Of a stretch of DNA of 64,000 nt, positions 39,404 through 48,337 are shown one piece after another. The first letter of the stretch is position 1, and each line of letters opens with the position of its first letter. Location: contig CAKQSE010000002.1 of the NCBI GenBank assembly GCA_934272785.1, forward strand, positions 3,588 through 67,587. Direction: 5' to 3'. The notes beneath the pieces are model-generated. The model did no database searches. It was not told where the DNA came from and saw nothing but the letters and a program-made list of their open reading frames with translations. A program made the translations under genes and the position numbers. The DNA comes from an uncultured Alphaproteobacteria bacterium (GTDB lineage: Bacteria; Pseudomonadota; Alphaproteobacteria; Rs-D84).

Positions 39404-39432
39404 ATTTTACAAAAACACAAACACCATTTCAA
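39404..39432 (-). promoter_or_regulatory. promoter of the candidate sRNA
   Basis: Minus strand TTGAAA-17-TAAAAT, immediately after the DUF378 terminator. Confidence 0.55.
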
Positions 39433-39443
39433 TATAAAATTAT

Positions 39444-39477
39444 AAAAAACGCCCCGACGGGTATCCATGAGGGGGCG
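39444..39477 (-). terminator. terminator of the DUF378 gene
   Basis: Minus strand CGCCCC...GGGGCG stem with a 16-nt loop, followed by T6. Confidence 0.5.
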
Positions 39478-39505
39478 AGAATGACATGAAAACTGTTGCA
39501 CCGCA

Positions 39506-39718
39506 TCAGCGTTCGCTGGTCGCGGGCTGGTCAATAAAGATCCAAATCAACCAAATCAATGCCGCAATACCAATCAGGCTGTATACGATACTGCTGGCGA
39601 TGGTGGCCGGTCCGAAAATCCATGCGACCAAATCAAAACCGAATATACCAATCAGTCCCCAATTCATGGCACCGATAAATGTCAACGGTTTCAACACATA
39701 GTTTGTCAGTCCTCTCAT
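39506..39718 (-). CDS. DUF378 family membrane protein
   Basis: GAMNWGLIGIFGFDLVAWIFG is the DUF378 signature. AAGGAGA SD. Confidence 0.75.
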   Translation of the reverse strand: MRGLTNYVLKPLTFIGAMNWGLIGIFGFDLVAWIFGPATIASSIVYSLIGIAALIWLIWIFIDQPATSER

Positions 39719-39770
39719 CTGTTTTTTCTCCTTTGAACAGGTTTAATATTGTCTGTATCCAGACACAACA

Positions 39771-39799
39771 ATTATAGCGGACTTTATCACGTATCGCAA
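39771..39799 (-). promoter_or_regulatory. promoter of the DUF378 gene
   Basis: Minus strand TTGCGA-17-TATAAT. Confidence 0.5.
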
Positions 39800-39880
39800 T
39801 CCGTTTATACAGTTTAGGAAAACGTTCTTAGCCACGGAATTCGCGACGTTTGGCGCGCCACGCCGGGACACATTGCCGCA

Positions 39881-40567
39881 TTACACACCGGCATCAATTA
39901 TATGTTTTATTGCATAATTTGCGCAAACCAGGCCAAATGTGCCTGTAATTGTTACCATTGATCCGAACGTATGATTTGGCGCAACGTTGGGGTTGGCAAC
40001 CTCGGTCGAATAGACAACAGGGAAATCAGGCATATGCGCAGAGCGTGCCAGACGACGAATCTTGGCCGCCAGTGGACACACCGTTGTTTTAGATAACCGC
40101 CCCACCCTGATTTGCGACGGGTCGGTTTTGCGCGCCGCGCCCATACTGGATATAAACGGGATATTGCGTGCCTGGCACCATGCGGCCAGTGCAATTTTGG
40201 ACAGAACGGAATCAATTGCATCAATCACAAAATCAGGCTGAACGTCCGGCGCGTGTGCATCATCAAAAAACATATCAAACGTATCAACAACCGCGTCCGG
40301 GTTTATGTCATGAATTCGCGCGGCGGCAACCGCAACCTTTGGCATGCCGATGGTTGACGTCAGTGCAAACAGCTGGCGATTGATATTAGATTCTTCGACC
40401 CGGTCAAAATCAATAACGATTATATGGCCGACGCCACTGCGGGCCAGGGCCTCGGTCGCGAAGGATCCGACCGCCCCGCACCCAACGACCATAACCGTCG
40501 CGGTGCGCAGTTTTTCAATATTTTCATCACCCAACAGTAATCTGATTCTGTGTAATCTGTCAGCCAT
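39881..40567 (-). CDS. tcdA: tRNA threonylcarbamoyladenosine dehydratase (ThiF/HesA family, TcdA-like)
   Basis: VVGCGAVGS nucleotide-binding loop and DFDRVEESNINRQ. Confidence 0.75.
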   Translation of the reverse strand: MADRLHRIRLLLGDENIEKLRTATVMVVGCGAVGSFATEALARSGVGHIIVIDFDRVEESNINRQLFALTSTIGMPKVAVAAARIHDINPDAVVDTFDMFFDDAHAPDVQPDFVIDAIDSVLSKIALAAWCQARNIPFISSMGAARKTDPSQIRVGRLSKTTVCPLAAKIRRLARSAHMPDFPVVYSTEVANPNVAPNHTFGSMVTITGTFGLVCANYAIKHIIDAGV

Positions 40568-41240
40568 TTTTTATCATCCGTTGTGTATTGTTATAAATTG
40601 TTTCCGCCATTGTTTGCGCGGGGCAGCCAACCAAATCTGCAATTTGCACAACCGTGCGTGGCAAAATTCCGCGGGCGACCAAAATTGACGCCGCGTCTGA
40701 TTCAACCAGAATGTGTGCCGGTTCAATCGCGCGGGCCACCACCCCAGGATTTGCGCCAAACGAAAAGTATGCATTTGCGTGCCGCATTATGGCCGAAACA
40801 ATTTCCGGCGTGCCCCGAAACCCGTGCAGCACCACCGCCGGTGGCATTTTTTGCGTGGCAAATATGTGCAGAATTTTATCCCATGCGCGAACACAGTGAA
40901 TATGCGCAACGCGCCCAAATTCGCGTGCCAATTCCAATTGGCAAATAAATACAGGCATTTGCGCATCTATATCGCCACGCGACGCATCCAGTCCTATTTC
41001 CCCGACCATCAGTTCGGGATTCGCGCGCAATAATTGCGCCATCTGGGCCGCCCAATCGGGCAACAATTCATCAACATACCACGGGTGAACACCGATTGCA
41101 CCCGCCCCGCCACCCACACGCGTGGCATCAACCGCGACCGACCAATCGCACGGGCGCGCAGAATTATATATAAACCCACAAACCACGCCATCGGGCACCG
41201 GGGTTACATAATGACAATGCGCATCAATATATTTTTGCAT
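40560..41240 (-). CDS. TatD family metal-dependent hydrolase
   Basis: ORF 40560..41273. Start MQKYIDAHCHY at 41240 avoids overlap with the ATPase. HxH and downstream His/Asp ligands. Confidence 0.85.
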   Translation of the reverse strand: MQKYIDAHCHYVTPVPDGVVCGFIYNSARPCDWSVAVDATRVGGGAGAIGVHPWYVDELLPDWAAQMAQLLRANPELMVGEIGLDASRGDIDAQMPVFICQLELAREFGRVAHIHCVRAWDKILHIFATQKMPPAVVLHGFRGTPEIVSAIMRHANAYFSFGANPGVVARAIEPAHILVESDAASILVARGILPRTVVQIADLVGCPAQTMAETIYNNTQRMIKNG

Positions 41241-41244
41241 ATGT

Positions 41245-43884
41245 TCAGTATATCTGTTTTTTGCGATTTGCAAACAATATTTTTCCCAGTATCCCGATTG
41301 GAATCACCATCGCGGCCAGCAATAAAATCGCACCCCACTGGCACCCATCCAATGGCACGGTATTAAACACGACGCCATCATATTGGACCAGAATAAACAC
41401 GCCCACAAACACCATTGCCGCGATATAAACAAAGCGCATATTTTGCCCCAGCCCCGCCAGCAGATTCAGACGCGTTGTTCTGATGTTAAATCCGTTCAGC
41501 ATTGCGACCCAGACCAGCAACACGAAACGCGCCGTCATATACTGGCCATCGGCAAAGATGCCAACATTGTGCATCAGCCACAGTCCCGCAAACAGCACCA
41601 TAAACACCGCCGTGTATCCGACGATTTCCCACTTTATCGCGCGGGTCAGCATTGGCGTCCCCTTTGGCACCGGCGGAACATCAAAGTATTCTGGCTTTTC
41701 CGGTTCGCCACCAAACGCCAGGCTGTTTAGACTATCCATCAGGATATTCACAATTAAAATCTGGCTGGCGACCAATGCCGGCACCGCCCAGACCAATGGG
41801 AATATCACACTCAGCAGCACCAATGTGAAATTTATCGGCAACTGGAATCGCAGGAACATCGTTATGTTATGCATAAACGTGCGCCCCAGTAATACAGATT
41901 TTACGATTGATACAAAATTACTGTCGGTGATGATGATATCGGCGGCATCCTTGGCCACATCGGTGCCATTGCCCATGGCGTATCCGACGTCCGCCTTTTT
42001 CAGTGCCGGCGCGTCATTTGTGCCATCGCCACACATCCCACAGCACAGGTGTAATTTCTGGGATATTTTAACAATACGCAGTTTTGTCGTTGGGGTCGCG
42101 CGCGCTACGACGCGCAGTTTGGGCAGCAACCGCATCAACGCGCCATCTAATTTTTGTTCCAGTTCCGCCGCATTTATACATACATCGGCGTCCCCGGACA
42201 CGATTCCGGCACTGCGCGCAACCGCAATCGCGGTTTCCAGGTTATCGCCCGTTATCATCATTACCTGGACCCCGGCGCGCTGTATCTGTGCGACAGCGTG
42301 CGGAACCTCGGACCGGACGCCGTCGTGAATTGTTATCAACGCCACCAGGACCAAATCCGATGGCAATTCGCCCGCCGACGCGGCGGCGCCACGCCGATAT
42401 GCAATCGCCAATACGCGCTTTGCCTCGCGCGCAGATGTGGCCAGGATTTTATTTATCACGCGCCGCGAAATTGGCTGCGTGTTTCCTGCATCATCAACAT
42501 ACGACGTGACGCGTTCCAAAATGCGTTCTGGCGCGCCGGTGTAAAACGTCATATTTCCCGCCACACTGGCCGCGGTGAATTTATACGCACTGTCAAAAGG
42601 CAATTTATTTTTAATGCGCAATTTGGCCAGGGTTTCAGAATACTGCGCGTCCGGGACCAGTGCCAGTAATGCGCGATCGGTGCTGTTTCCGCCCCTGATT
42701 TCGCGTCCAACATATTCCGCGCCATTTGTCGCGACAATTGCATTTCCTAACAAATGACGCAATTTCGCGGGCCCATGCGCCATATCCAGCGCATCGCCAT
42801 TGCCACTGAACACATCCGCTACAACCATATTTCCATATGTCAGTGTTCCCGTTTTATCGGTGCACAGTAATTGGATATTGCCGGCCTCGGGTATCTTGGC
42901 CGGATTTTTTGCCAATATGTTTGCGCGCGCCATACGGCCCGCATTTTGTGATGTCACCAATGAAATAATCAACGGCAATCCTTCGGGCACGGCGGCGATT
43001 ATAATAACAAATGCCGTGGTCAATACGGTGCACACATCGCGGAATATCGCCAGTCCCCCACCCGCCAGATATGCCGCCACGCCACCGGCCGACCAGATGT
43101 CTGCCCCCAGCAAGATTACCGCAATAATCGCCGCACCAATAAAACCGAATATGCTGATTTTCTGGGCCAGGTCATCCAGTTGCATCTGCAGTGATGTTTT
43201 TTCAGGGGTTATATCCTGCATCATGATAATTCCAGCGGCATTTTCTGTGGCGGTGCCAACATTGCTGACCCGCATTATTCCAACGCCCGACGTCACCATT
43301 GTGGCGGCAAACAAACTGGATTCATCTGTGAAATCATCGCCAGATACCGTGCGCCGCACCCCAATTTCAAATGGCGGACGCGTGCCGCGCCATGCGACCT
43401 TTGGCGCACTGGCCGATTCACCGTTTAACGCCGAATTATCCACAGAAATTTCACCGTCAACCAGGTATCCATCGGCATATATTCCATCACCCGCGGCCAA
43501 TGCAACCAAATCACCCACCACTATGTCGGACGACAATATTCTGGATTTTTGCCCATTGCGAATAACGTTCACATAGTGCACCGAATTCTGGCGACGCAAA
43601 TCATTGGCAAAACGCTGACTTTTCAAGCCGGTAATGGTGTTTATTATACTGATTATGACCAGAATCAGACCGATACCGATAACCTCGGTCACATTATCAA
43701 AACCAAAGAATGACAGCACCACAAACAGCAGCAATAACACCAGCAGTATCAGATTTAGTTTATCCTTGAACGTGTCGGCCCAAAATTGAAACCAAGTTTT
43801 CAACCTGGGTTCTGGCAGAACATTTTTACCATATCGTTGTCGGCTGTTTATTACGTCAGAATCTGACAGTCCTGAAAGTTTCAT
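41245..43884 (-). CDS. P-type cation-transporting ATPase (P2-type, Ca/Mg-like)
   Basis: CTDKTGTLT phosphorylation site, MITGDN, GDGTNDAPALKKADVG, about 10 TM helices. Confidence 0.93.
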   Translation of the reverse strand: MKLSGLSDSDVINSRQRYGKNVLPEPRLKTWFQFWADTFKDKLNLILLVLLLLFVVLSFFGFDNVTEVIGIGLILVIISIINTITGLKSQRFANDLRRQNSVHYVNVIRNGQKSRILSSDIVVGDLVALAAGDGIYADGYLVDGEISVDNSALNGESASAPKVAWRGTRPPFEIGVRRTVSGDDFTDESSLFAATMVTSGVGIMRVSNVGTATENAAGIIMMQDITPEKTSLQMQLDDLAQKISIFGFIGAAIIAVILLGADIWSAGGVAAYLAGGGLAIFRDVCTVLTTAFVIIIAAVPEGLPLIISLVTSQNAGRMARANILAKNPAKIPEAGNIQLLCTDKTGTLTYGNMVVADVFSGNGDALDMAHGPAKLRHLLGNAIVATNGAEYVGREIRGGNSTDRALLALVPDAQYSETLAKLRIKNKLPFDSAYKFTAASVAGNMTFYTGAPERILERVTSYVDDAGNTQPISRRVINKILATSAREAKRVLAIAYRRGAAASAGELPSDLVLVALITIHDGVRSEVPHAVAQIQRAGVQVMMITGDNLETAIAVARSAGIVSGDADVCINAAELEQKLDGALMRLLPKLRVVARATPTTKLRIVKISQKLHLCCGMCGDGTNDAPALKKADVGYAMGNGTDVAKDAADIIITDSNFVSIVKSVLLGRTFMHNITMFLRFQLPINFTLVLLSVIFPLVWAVPALVASQILIVNILMDSLNSLAFGGEPEKPEYFDVPPVPKGTPMLTRAIKWEIVGYTAVFMVLFAGLWLMHNVGIFADGQYMTARFVLLVWVAMLNGFNIRTTRLNLLAGLGQNMRFVYIAAMVFVGVFILVQYDGVVFNTVPLDGCQWGAILLLAAMVIPIGILGKILFANRKKQIY

Positions 43885-43934
43885 AATTTATCCCCTGTGT
43901 GCGTAATTATTATAAAACAGGGGGCAGTTTTGCA

Positions 43935-44495
43935 ATGGTTATTTTTTCACGCACACGCGACGCAATTTATGGTATAATATGGGGTAACAAAGGGGGACCG
44001 GCAGTGAAAGTATCATTTGTTATGTATGGCGTGCCACATGGGTTTGATTGTATGGATTGCACACCACAGCAACTCAGGTTTTTCGAAAATATGTATCGCC
44101 CCGGCACCGGGATTCAAAAACGGGCAAATGCCCTGGTCAACGGGGACGTCGTCTACAGTTATCTAATGTATCCGGACAAGAACGCACCATTTCTGGATTG
44201 TGACTGGCGTGGCGGCGCGTTCCTGGGGATGTCAATCGTGTTGCCCGGCATGTATCTGCGCGACACGGAAAAACTGGATAAATTTTTCCAGGAATTTTAT
44301 AAAAAATACATAGACAACCAGATTGTTTCCACGCGACCAAATGGTGTGCGCCAGTTTCGGGTGTCACGCCTGGGCACGCCCCAGATGGAAAAGTATATTA
44401 CAAACGCGCTGAACAAATTTGTACGCGAACGGCCCGATTTAAATTTCACAGAATCTGCCGCGCCGTATGTTCAACGCCGATCCAATTCACGATAA
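43935..44495 (+). CDS. hypothetical protein
   Basis: ORF 43899..44495 (GTG). ATG 43935 is preferred. No family recognised. Confidence 0.5.
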   Translation: MVIFSRTRDAIYGIIWGNKGGPAVKVSFVMYGVPHGFDCMDCTPQQLRFFENMYRPGTGIQKRANALVNGDVVYSYLMYPDKNAPFLDCDWRGGAFLGMSIVLPGMYLRDTEKLDKFFQEFYKKYIDNQIVSTRPNGVRQFRVSRLGTPQMEKYITNALNKFVRERPDLNFTESAAPYVQRRSNSR

Positions 44496-44516
44496 ACCCG
44501 CCCATTGCGGGCGAGG

Positions 44517-44882
44517 TTATATGCATGAATACGAATATGATTCTGGCATTCTGTATAAATTATTGGTCACCGCATCAATAAATACCGGTATTATTCCCAA
44601 CAAGATTCCGGGGAACACGTCCAACACGACCGCACCCGTATTCAGATTGCGCGGCACAGTTGGCGACGGACAATCTGTATTCTTGCTGGTGATTGTCATT
44701 TCATTTGCCGAATATATTTTCATGCTTTGTTCTGGTTTGATTTTATAGATTCCACTGTCCGCGGACACCGTTATCATTTCATCAGAATTGTTATAAATAT
44801 TGGTTTCATGATTGCTGCCGATGCCAATCGCGCCACATGACGCCAACACGCCCACAGAACACAAAATTGCCAGTTTTCTCAT
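44517..44882 (-). CDS. small lipoprotein
   Basis: MRKLAILCSVGVLASCGA lipobox. Confidence 0.6.
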   Translation of the reverse strand: MRKLAILCSVGVLASCGAIGIGSNHETNIYNNSDEMITVSADSGIYKIKPEQSMKIYSANEMTITSKNTDCPSPTVPRNLNTGAVVLDVFPGILLGIIPVFIDAVTNNLYRMPESYSYSCI

Positions 44883-44904
44883 TTCTTACATCCCCCGTTG
44901 GGTA

Positions 44905-45651
44905 TTATTTCCCCAGTATGCGCGCCAACGCATCCGCTGTCAACAAATTTACGGTCTGAAATTTGCCGCCGTAAAATACCGCAAAGTTATTAAACACACA
45001 CGGCAACGATTTCGCCGCGTCCAGTGTTTCGACATGATGCAAGTGCACCGGCACATTATGTGCAGCACAATATTCGCGCACCATATCAATCGTTTGCGCC
45101 ATATATGGACACTGGTCATCATAGAATATGGTCAGTTCATCCGTATCCACAGCCGGATTTTTGACCGCGTCTGGGAAATGTGGCACACTGCCGTCAAACG
45201 ACAGGGCCAGCAATTCGTAACCGTTACTGGTCGTGTCCACGGTTTTAAATCCGTGCATGCGTGCAAAATTCTGGTCCGATAACCATGCACGTTGCCGGTC
45301 CGCACCCAGCATGCAAACACCCGACGCCCCGGCGCGACGCGCGTCATCAATACAATATTTCAGCAACATGTCCCCATACCCGTGTCCACGGAACGGCGGC
45401 AACACCCACAGGCAATAAATATAGTAATAATTATCCCCCACAATTGGCGTCCATGCGGCGTCCAGCGGTGCATATTCAATAAAGCATGTCCCGCGCGCGT
45501 TCAGTTTGCGAAACACGTGCCCCGATGCCAACCGGTCGCGCAGCCAGGCACGCTTTGCCTCGACCCCTGGGTGTTTGGTGCGACTGCGTATAATACAGCA
45601 CAGATGTTCGTCCGCGATATTTTCAGGTGTTAAATTTATAAATTCTGGCAT
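44905..45651 (-). CDS. GNAT N-acetyltransferase with YoaP-like C-terminal domain
   Basis: Start MPEFINLTPENI at 45651. FRGHGYGDMLL acetyl-CoA motif. C-terminal FYDDQCPY...FAVFYGGKF resembles a YoaP/thioredoxin-like domain. Confidence 0.72.
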   Translation of the reverse strand: MPEFINLTPENIADEHLCCIIRSRTKHPGVEAKRAWLRDRLASGHVFRKLNARGTCFIEYAPLDAAWTPIVGDNYYYIYCLWVLPPFRGHGYGDMLLKYCIDDARRAGASGVCMLGADRQRAWLSDQNFARMHGFKTVDTTSNGYELLALSFDGSVPHFPDAVKNPAVDTDELTIFYDDQCPYMAQTIDMVREYCAAHNVPVHLHHVETLDAAKSLPCVFNNFAVFYGGKFQTVNLLTADALARILGK

Positions 45652-45693
45652 ATCGTAAAATCCAATGCCCCGCGAAATGCGGGGCAATTATTG

Positions 45694-46749
45694 TTATTTC
45701 AGGTTGGTTTTGAAGAACTGTTCCATTTTATCAAATGGGATTACGTCCATCTTGTAATACAAATCTGTGTGATTTGCATTTGGAATAATCATCAGTTCTT
45801 TGTTATCACCTGTCAGGCGTTTGAACGCATCTTCACTGAAATAGCGGCTGTGCGCTTTTTCACCATGAATCATCAGAACCGGACTTTTAATTGTGTCGGC
45901 ATACGCCAAAATCGGTTGCGTTATCAACGACAAATCCGATGTCGTGCGCCACGCCCCATTTGAACCAATGGAACGCGGATGGAATCCCAGTGGTGTTTTA
46001 TAGAAATTCACATAATCCTTTACGAACTGGGGCATGTCGTCTGTTATCTGTGACGGATTGCCCGCTTTCTTGGCAAATGTGCCAGACCGCACGTCGGCGG
46101 TACGTTGATTATTCAGTTGCACACGCTTTTCATACAATTCATCGGCCGACATTGTATCGTTATAACCATGCGCGGTAACACGTGTCATATCATACATTGT
46201 TGATGTAACGGTTGCCTTGATACGCGTATCCATTGCCGCGGCATTCAAACCAAAACCACCAAAGCCGCAAATACCAATCAGACCAATTTTATTTTCATCA
46301 ACATATGGAAGTGTCATCAGATAATCCACCGCTGCACTGAAATCTTCGGTATTTATATCAGGCGATGCAACATCGCGAACATTGCCACCACTTTCACCCG
46401 TGAACGATGGGTCAAACGCCAATGTCACAAATCCACGACGCGCCATTTCCTGGGCATAACGACCAGACACCTGTTCTTTGACCGCACCAAACGGTCCAGA
46501 CACAACAATGGCTGGCATTTTATCCGACGTCATATTTTTCGGCATATACAGGTCGCCCACCAATGGGATACCATAGCGATTTACAAATGATACCTTGTGC
46601 GTGTCGACATCCTCATTTTTTTCAAACGTTTTATCCCACTTGTTATCCAGGACGATTTGCCCATCTGATTTCTTATGGCATGCAAAATATGTCACCGCAC
46701 CCGCAACCAATGCGCCCGCCAATGCCGCAACAATAATTGATGTTTTCAT
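45694..46749 (-). CDS. membrane-anchored alpha/beta hydrolase (dienelactone-hydrolase-like)
   Basis: N-terminal TM helix. LIGICGFGG elbow with Cys at the nucleophile position. C-terminal HGEKAH/NANHTDLY. Confidence 0.72.
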   Translation of the reverse strand: MKTSIIVAALAGALVAGAVTYFACHKKSDGQIVLDNKWDKTFEKNEDVDTHKVSFVNRYGIPLVGDLYMPKNMTSDKMPAIVVSGPFGAVKEQVSGRYAQEMARRGFVTLAFDPSFTGESGGNVRDVASPDINTEDFSAAVDYLMTLPYVDENKIGLIGICGFGGFGLNAAAMDTRIKATVTSTMYDMTRVTAHGYNDTMSADELYEKRVQLNNQRTADVRSGTFAKKAGNPSQITDDMPQFVKDYVNFYKTPLGFHPRSIGSNGAWRTTSDLSLITQPILAYADTIKSPVLMIHGEKAHSRYFSEDAFKRLTGDNKELMIIPNANHTDLYYKMDVIPFDKMEQFFKTNLK

Positions 46750-46856
46750 ATGTTACCTCCCTTCTTGTTTTAATGTATGACAGTGATATAGCACAACGGA
46801 CATAAAAAATCAAATTTTCTGGCTAAATTTTGAATCAATTACTTCACACTTGCTAC

Positions 46857-46884
46857 TTGACAAAATACGCATTTGTATTACAAT
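46857..46884 (+). promoter_or_regulatory. promoter of the HNH-like gene (apparently leaderless)
   Basis: TTGACA-16-TACAAT. The ATG begins 8 nt after the -10 hexamer and there is no SD. Confidence 0.5.
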
Positions 46885-46891
46885 ACTTAGT

Positions 46892-48091
46892 ATGGAACAC
46901 AGACAATATTGTATTTACTGTAACAAAGAAATCACCACCCGCAGCAGCGAGCACGTTATACAAAACGCGCTGGGTGGGCTGCTAGAATCCGAAGATATTT
47001 GTTGCCCCGAATGCAATAATTACATCAGCAAGTATATTGATGCGCCGTTCACCAAGACGTTCAACCCGATTATCAGCCGCATAGACAATTTTTCCAAGAC
47101 GAACAATACTAAATCCGCACCACCATGCACGGGCACTGTTTCATATAATGGCCGGAAATACAGCGCGAACATCAAGGCCGGTCGGGTTGTGTCGTGTCCT
47201 GATTTAAGTCGCGAATTGCGTTGCGATATATCAAAACTGGAAACGCCACCGCAAATTGTGTCATATAATTTTGATTTAGAAAATACCGCATTTCAGACTG
47301 GCATGGCCAAGATTGCGTTCAACTATGCATTGTCACAAAATGTGGATTTCAAATATCTGGCGTCTGGGCTGGCGGTTGACCGCGTGGGTAACACCGTGAA
47401 CAGTATACAGTATAACTACCCTGTTGTGCCGTTTTGTCCACTGAACCCGGTCGACGCGTTCATAGAAAGTGCGCCCAACCCCACGCCGTTCCACAACATG
47501 ATTTTATTTTCCCAGCATAATGAACTGTGGTGCTATGTCGATTTGTTTAACACATTTCAATACTATGTAATGTTGGCCGATAACGTGCCAGACAATCACC
47601 AGATATACGCAAACTATACCCAGACGTTGCAAAAACTGAACCGCGATGCGCCGGTGCTGGCGGGGTTGCATGACCCAAAGACGGTGATGATTTATGCCCA
47701 ACAATACGGTGTCCAGCCAACCATGAACGCCGCAGAATTTACGCGTCGCGTGAATAATGCCGTGGCAATCAAATCGCAAAAGGTGGCGATGTCCCAAATA
47801 ATTGGTCCCAAAATTGCACGTATGCCGTTTATGTCAATGATGGTGCAAATGCGTGGTGATGCGGCCAGCATGCGATTGCTGAATAAATCAATGCACCTGT
47901 ATTTTGATAATGACATTTTCCAAGAGAAAAATTTCAGAACTGTGACCCCGGCCCTGGCCGGCGATGGGTCTGTCGCATATCCGCATGAAATAATGCGCGT
48001 GGTATCAGGGAACCCAGACATGCTGCGGCAATACACCACAATGAAATTCAATAATTTGAATAACCAGTTGTGCACACAAAAGCAACGATAA
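46892..48091 (+). CDS. HNH-like nuclease-domain protein with large uncharacterised C-terminal region
   Basis: Start MEHRQYCIYCNKE at 46892. CxxC..SSEHVIQNALGG..CCPECNN is the HNH_5-type arrangement. The remaining ~330 aa are unassigned. Confidence 0.65.
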   Translation: MEHRQYCIYCNKEITTRSSEHVIQNALGGLLESEDICCPECNNYISKYIDAPFTKTFNPIISRIDNFSKTNNTKSAPPCTGTVSYNGRKYSANIKAGRVVSCPDLSRELRCDISKLETPPQIVSYNFDLENTAFQTGMAKIAFNYALSQNVDFKYLASGLAVDRVGNTVNSIQYNYPVVPFCPLNPVDAFIESAPNPTPFHNMILFSQHNELWCYVDLFNTFQYYVMLADNVPDNHQIYANYTQTLQKLNRDAPVLAGLHDPKTVMIYAQQYGVQPTMNAAEFTRRVNNAVAIKSQKVAMSQIIGPKIARMPFMSMMVQMRGDAASMRLLNKSMHLYFDNDIFQEKNFRTVTPALAGDGSVAYPHEIMRVVSGNPDMLRQYTTMKFNNLNNQLCTQKQR

Positions 48092-48092
48092 A

Positions 48093-48127
48093 CCAGGGAT
48101 TGGCTTCGCCGACCTTGTCCCCCACCA
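48093..48127 (+). pseudogene. degenerate inverted copy of the tRNA-Lys 3' half
   Basis: CCAGGG..TTCG..CCTTGTCCCCCACCA compared with the genuine CCAGGGTTCGAGTCCCTGTGTCCCCACCA. It starts 2 nt after the stop codon of the HNH-like gene. Confidence 0.45.
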
Positions 48128-48165
48128 AAAATTAAACGGCCGCTAATGCGACCGTTGAATTTTTC

Positions 48166-48241
48166 TGGTGGGGACACAGGGACTCGAACCCTGGACCCAA
48201 TGATTAAAAGTCATTTGCTCTACCAACTGAGCTATGTCCCC
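48166..48241 (-). tRNA. tRNA-Lys (anticodon TTT)
   Basis: Reverse complement GGGGACATAGCTCAGTTGGTAGAGC...CTTTTAA...CAGGGTTCGAGTCCCTGTGTCCCCACCA. Confidence 0.95.
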
Positions 48242-48337
48242 AAAACGGAACCTGAATCCGGGGCGTGTGCCCTCTGTTCAAGGTTCGGGGCAAATTCTGA
48301 CATAATCTAAAACAAAAATCAAGAAAAAATCACATTT

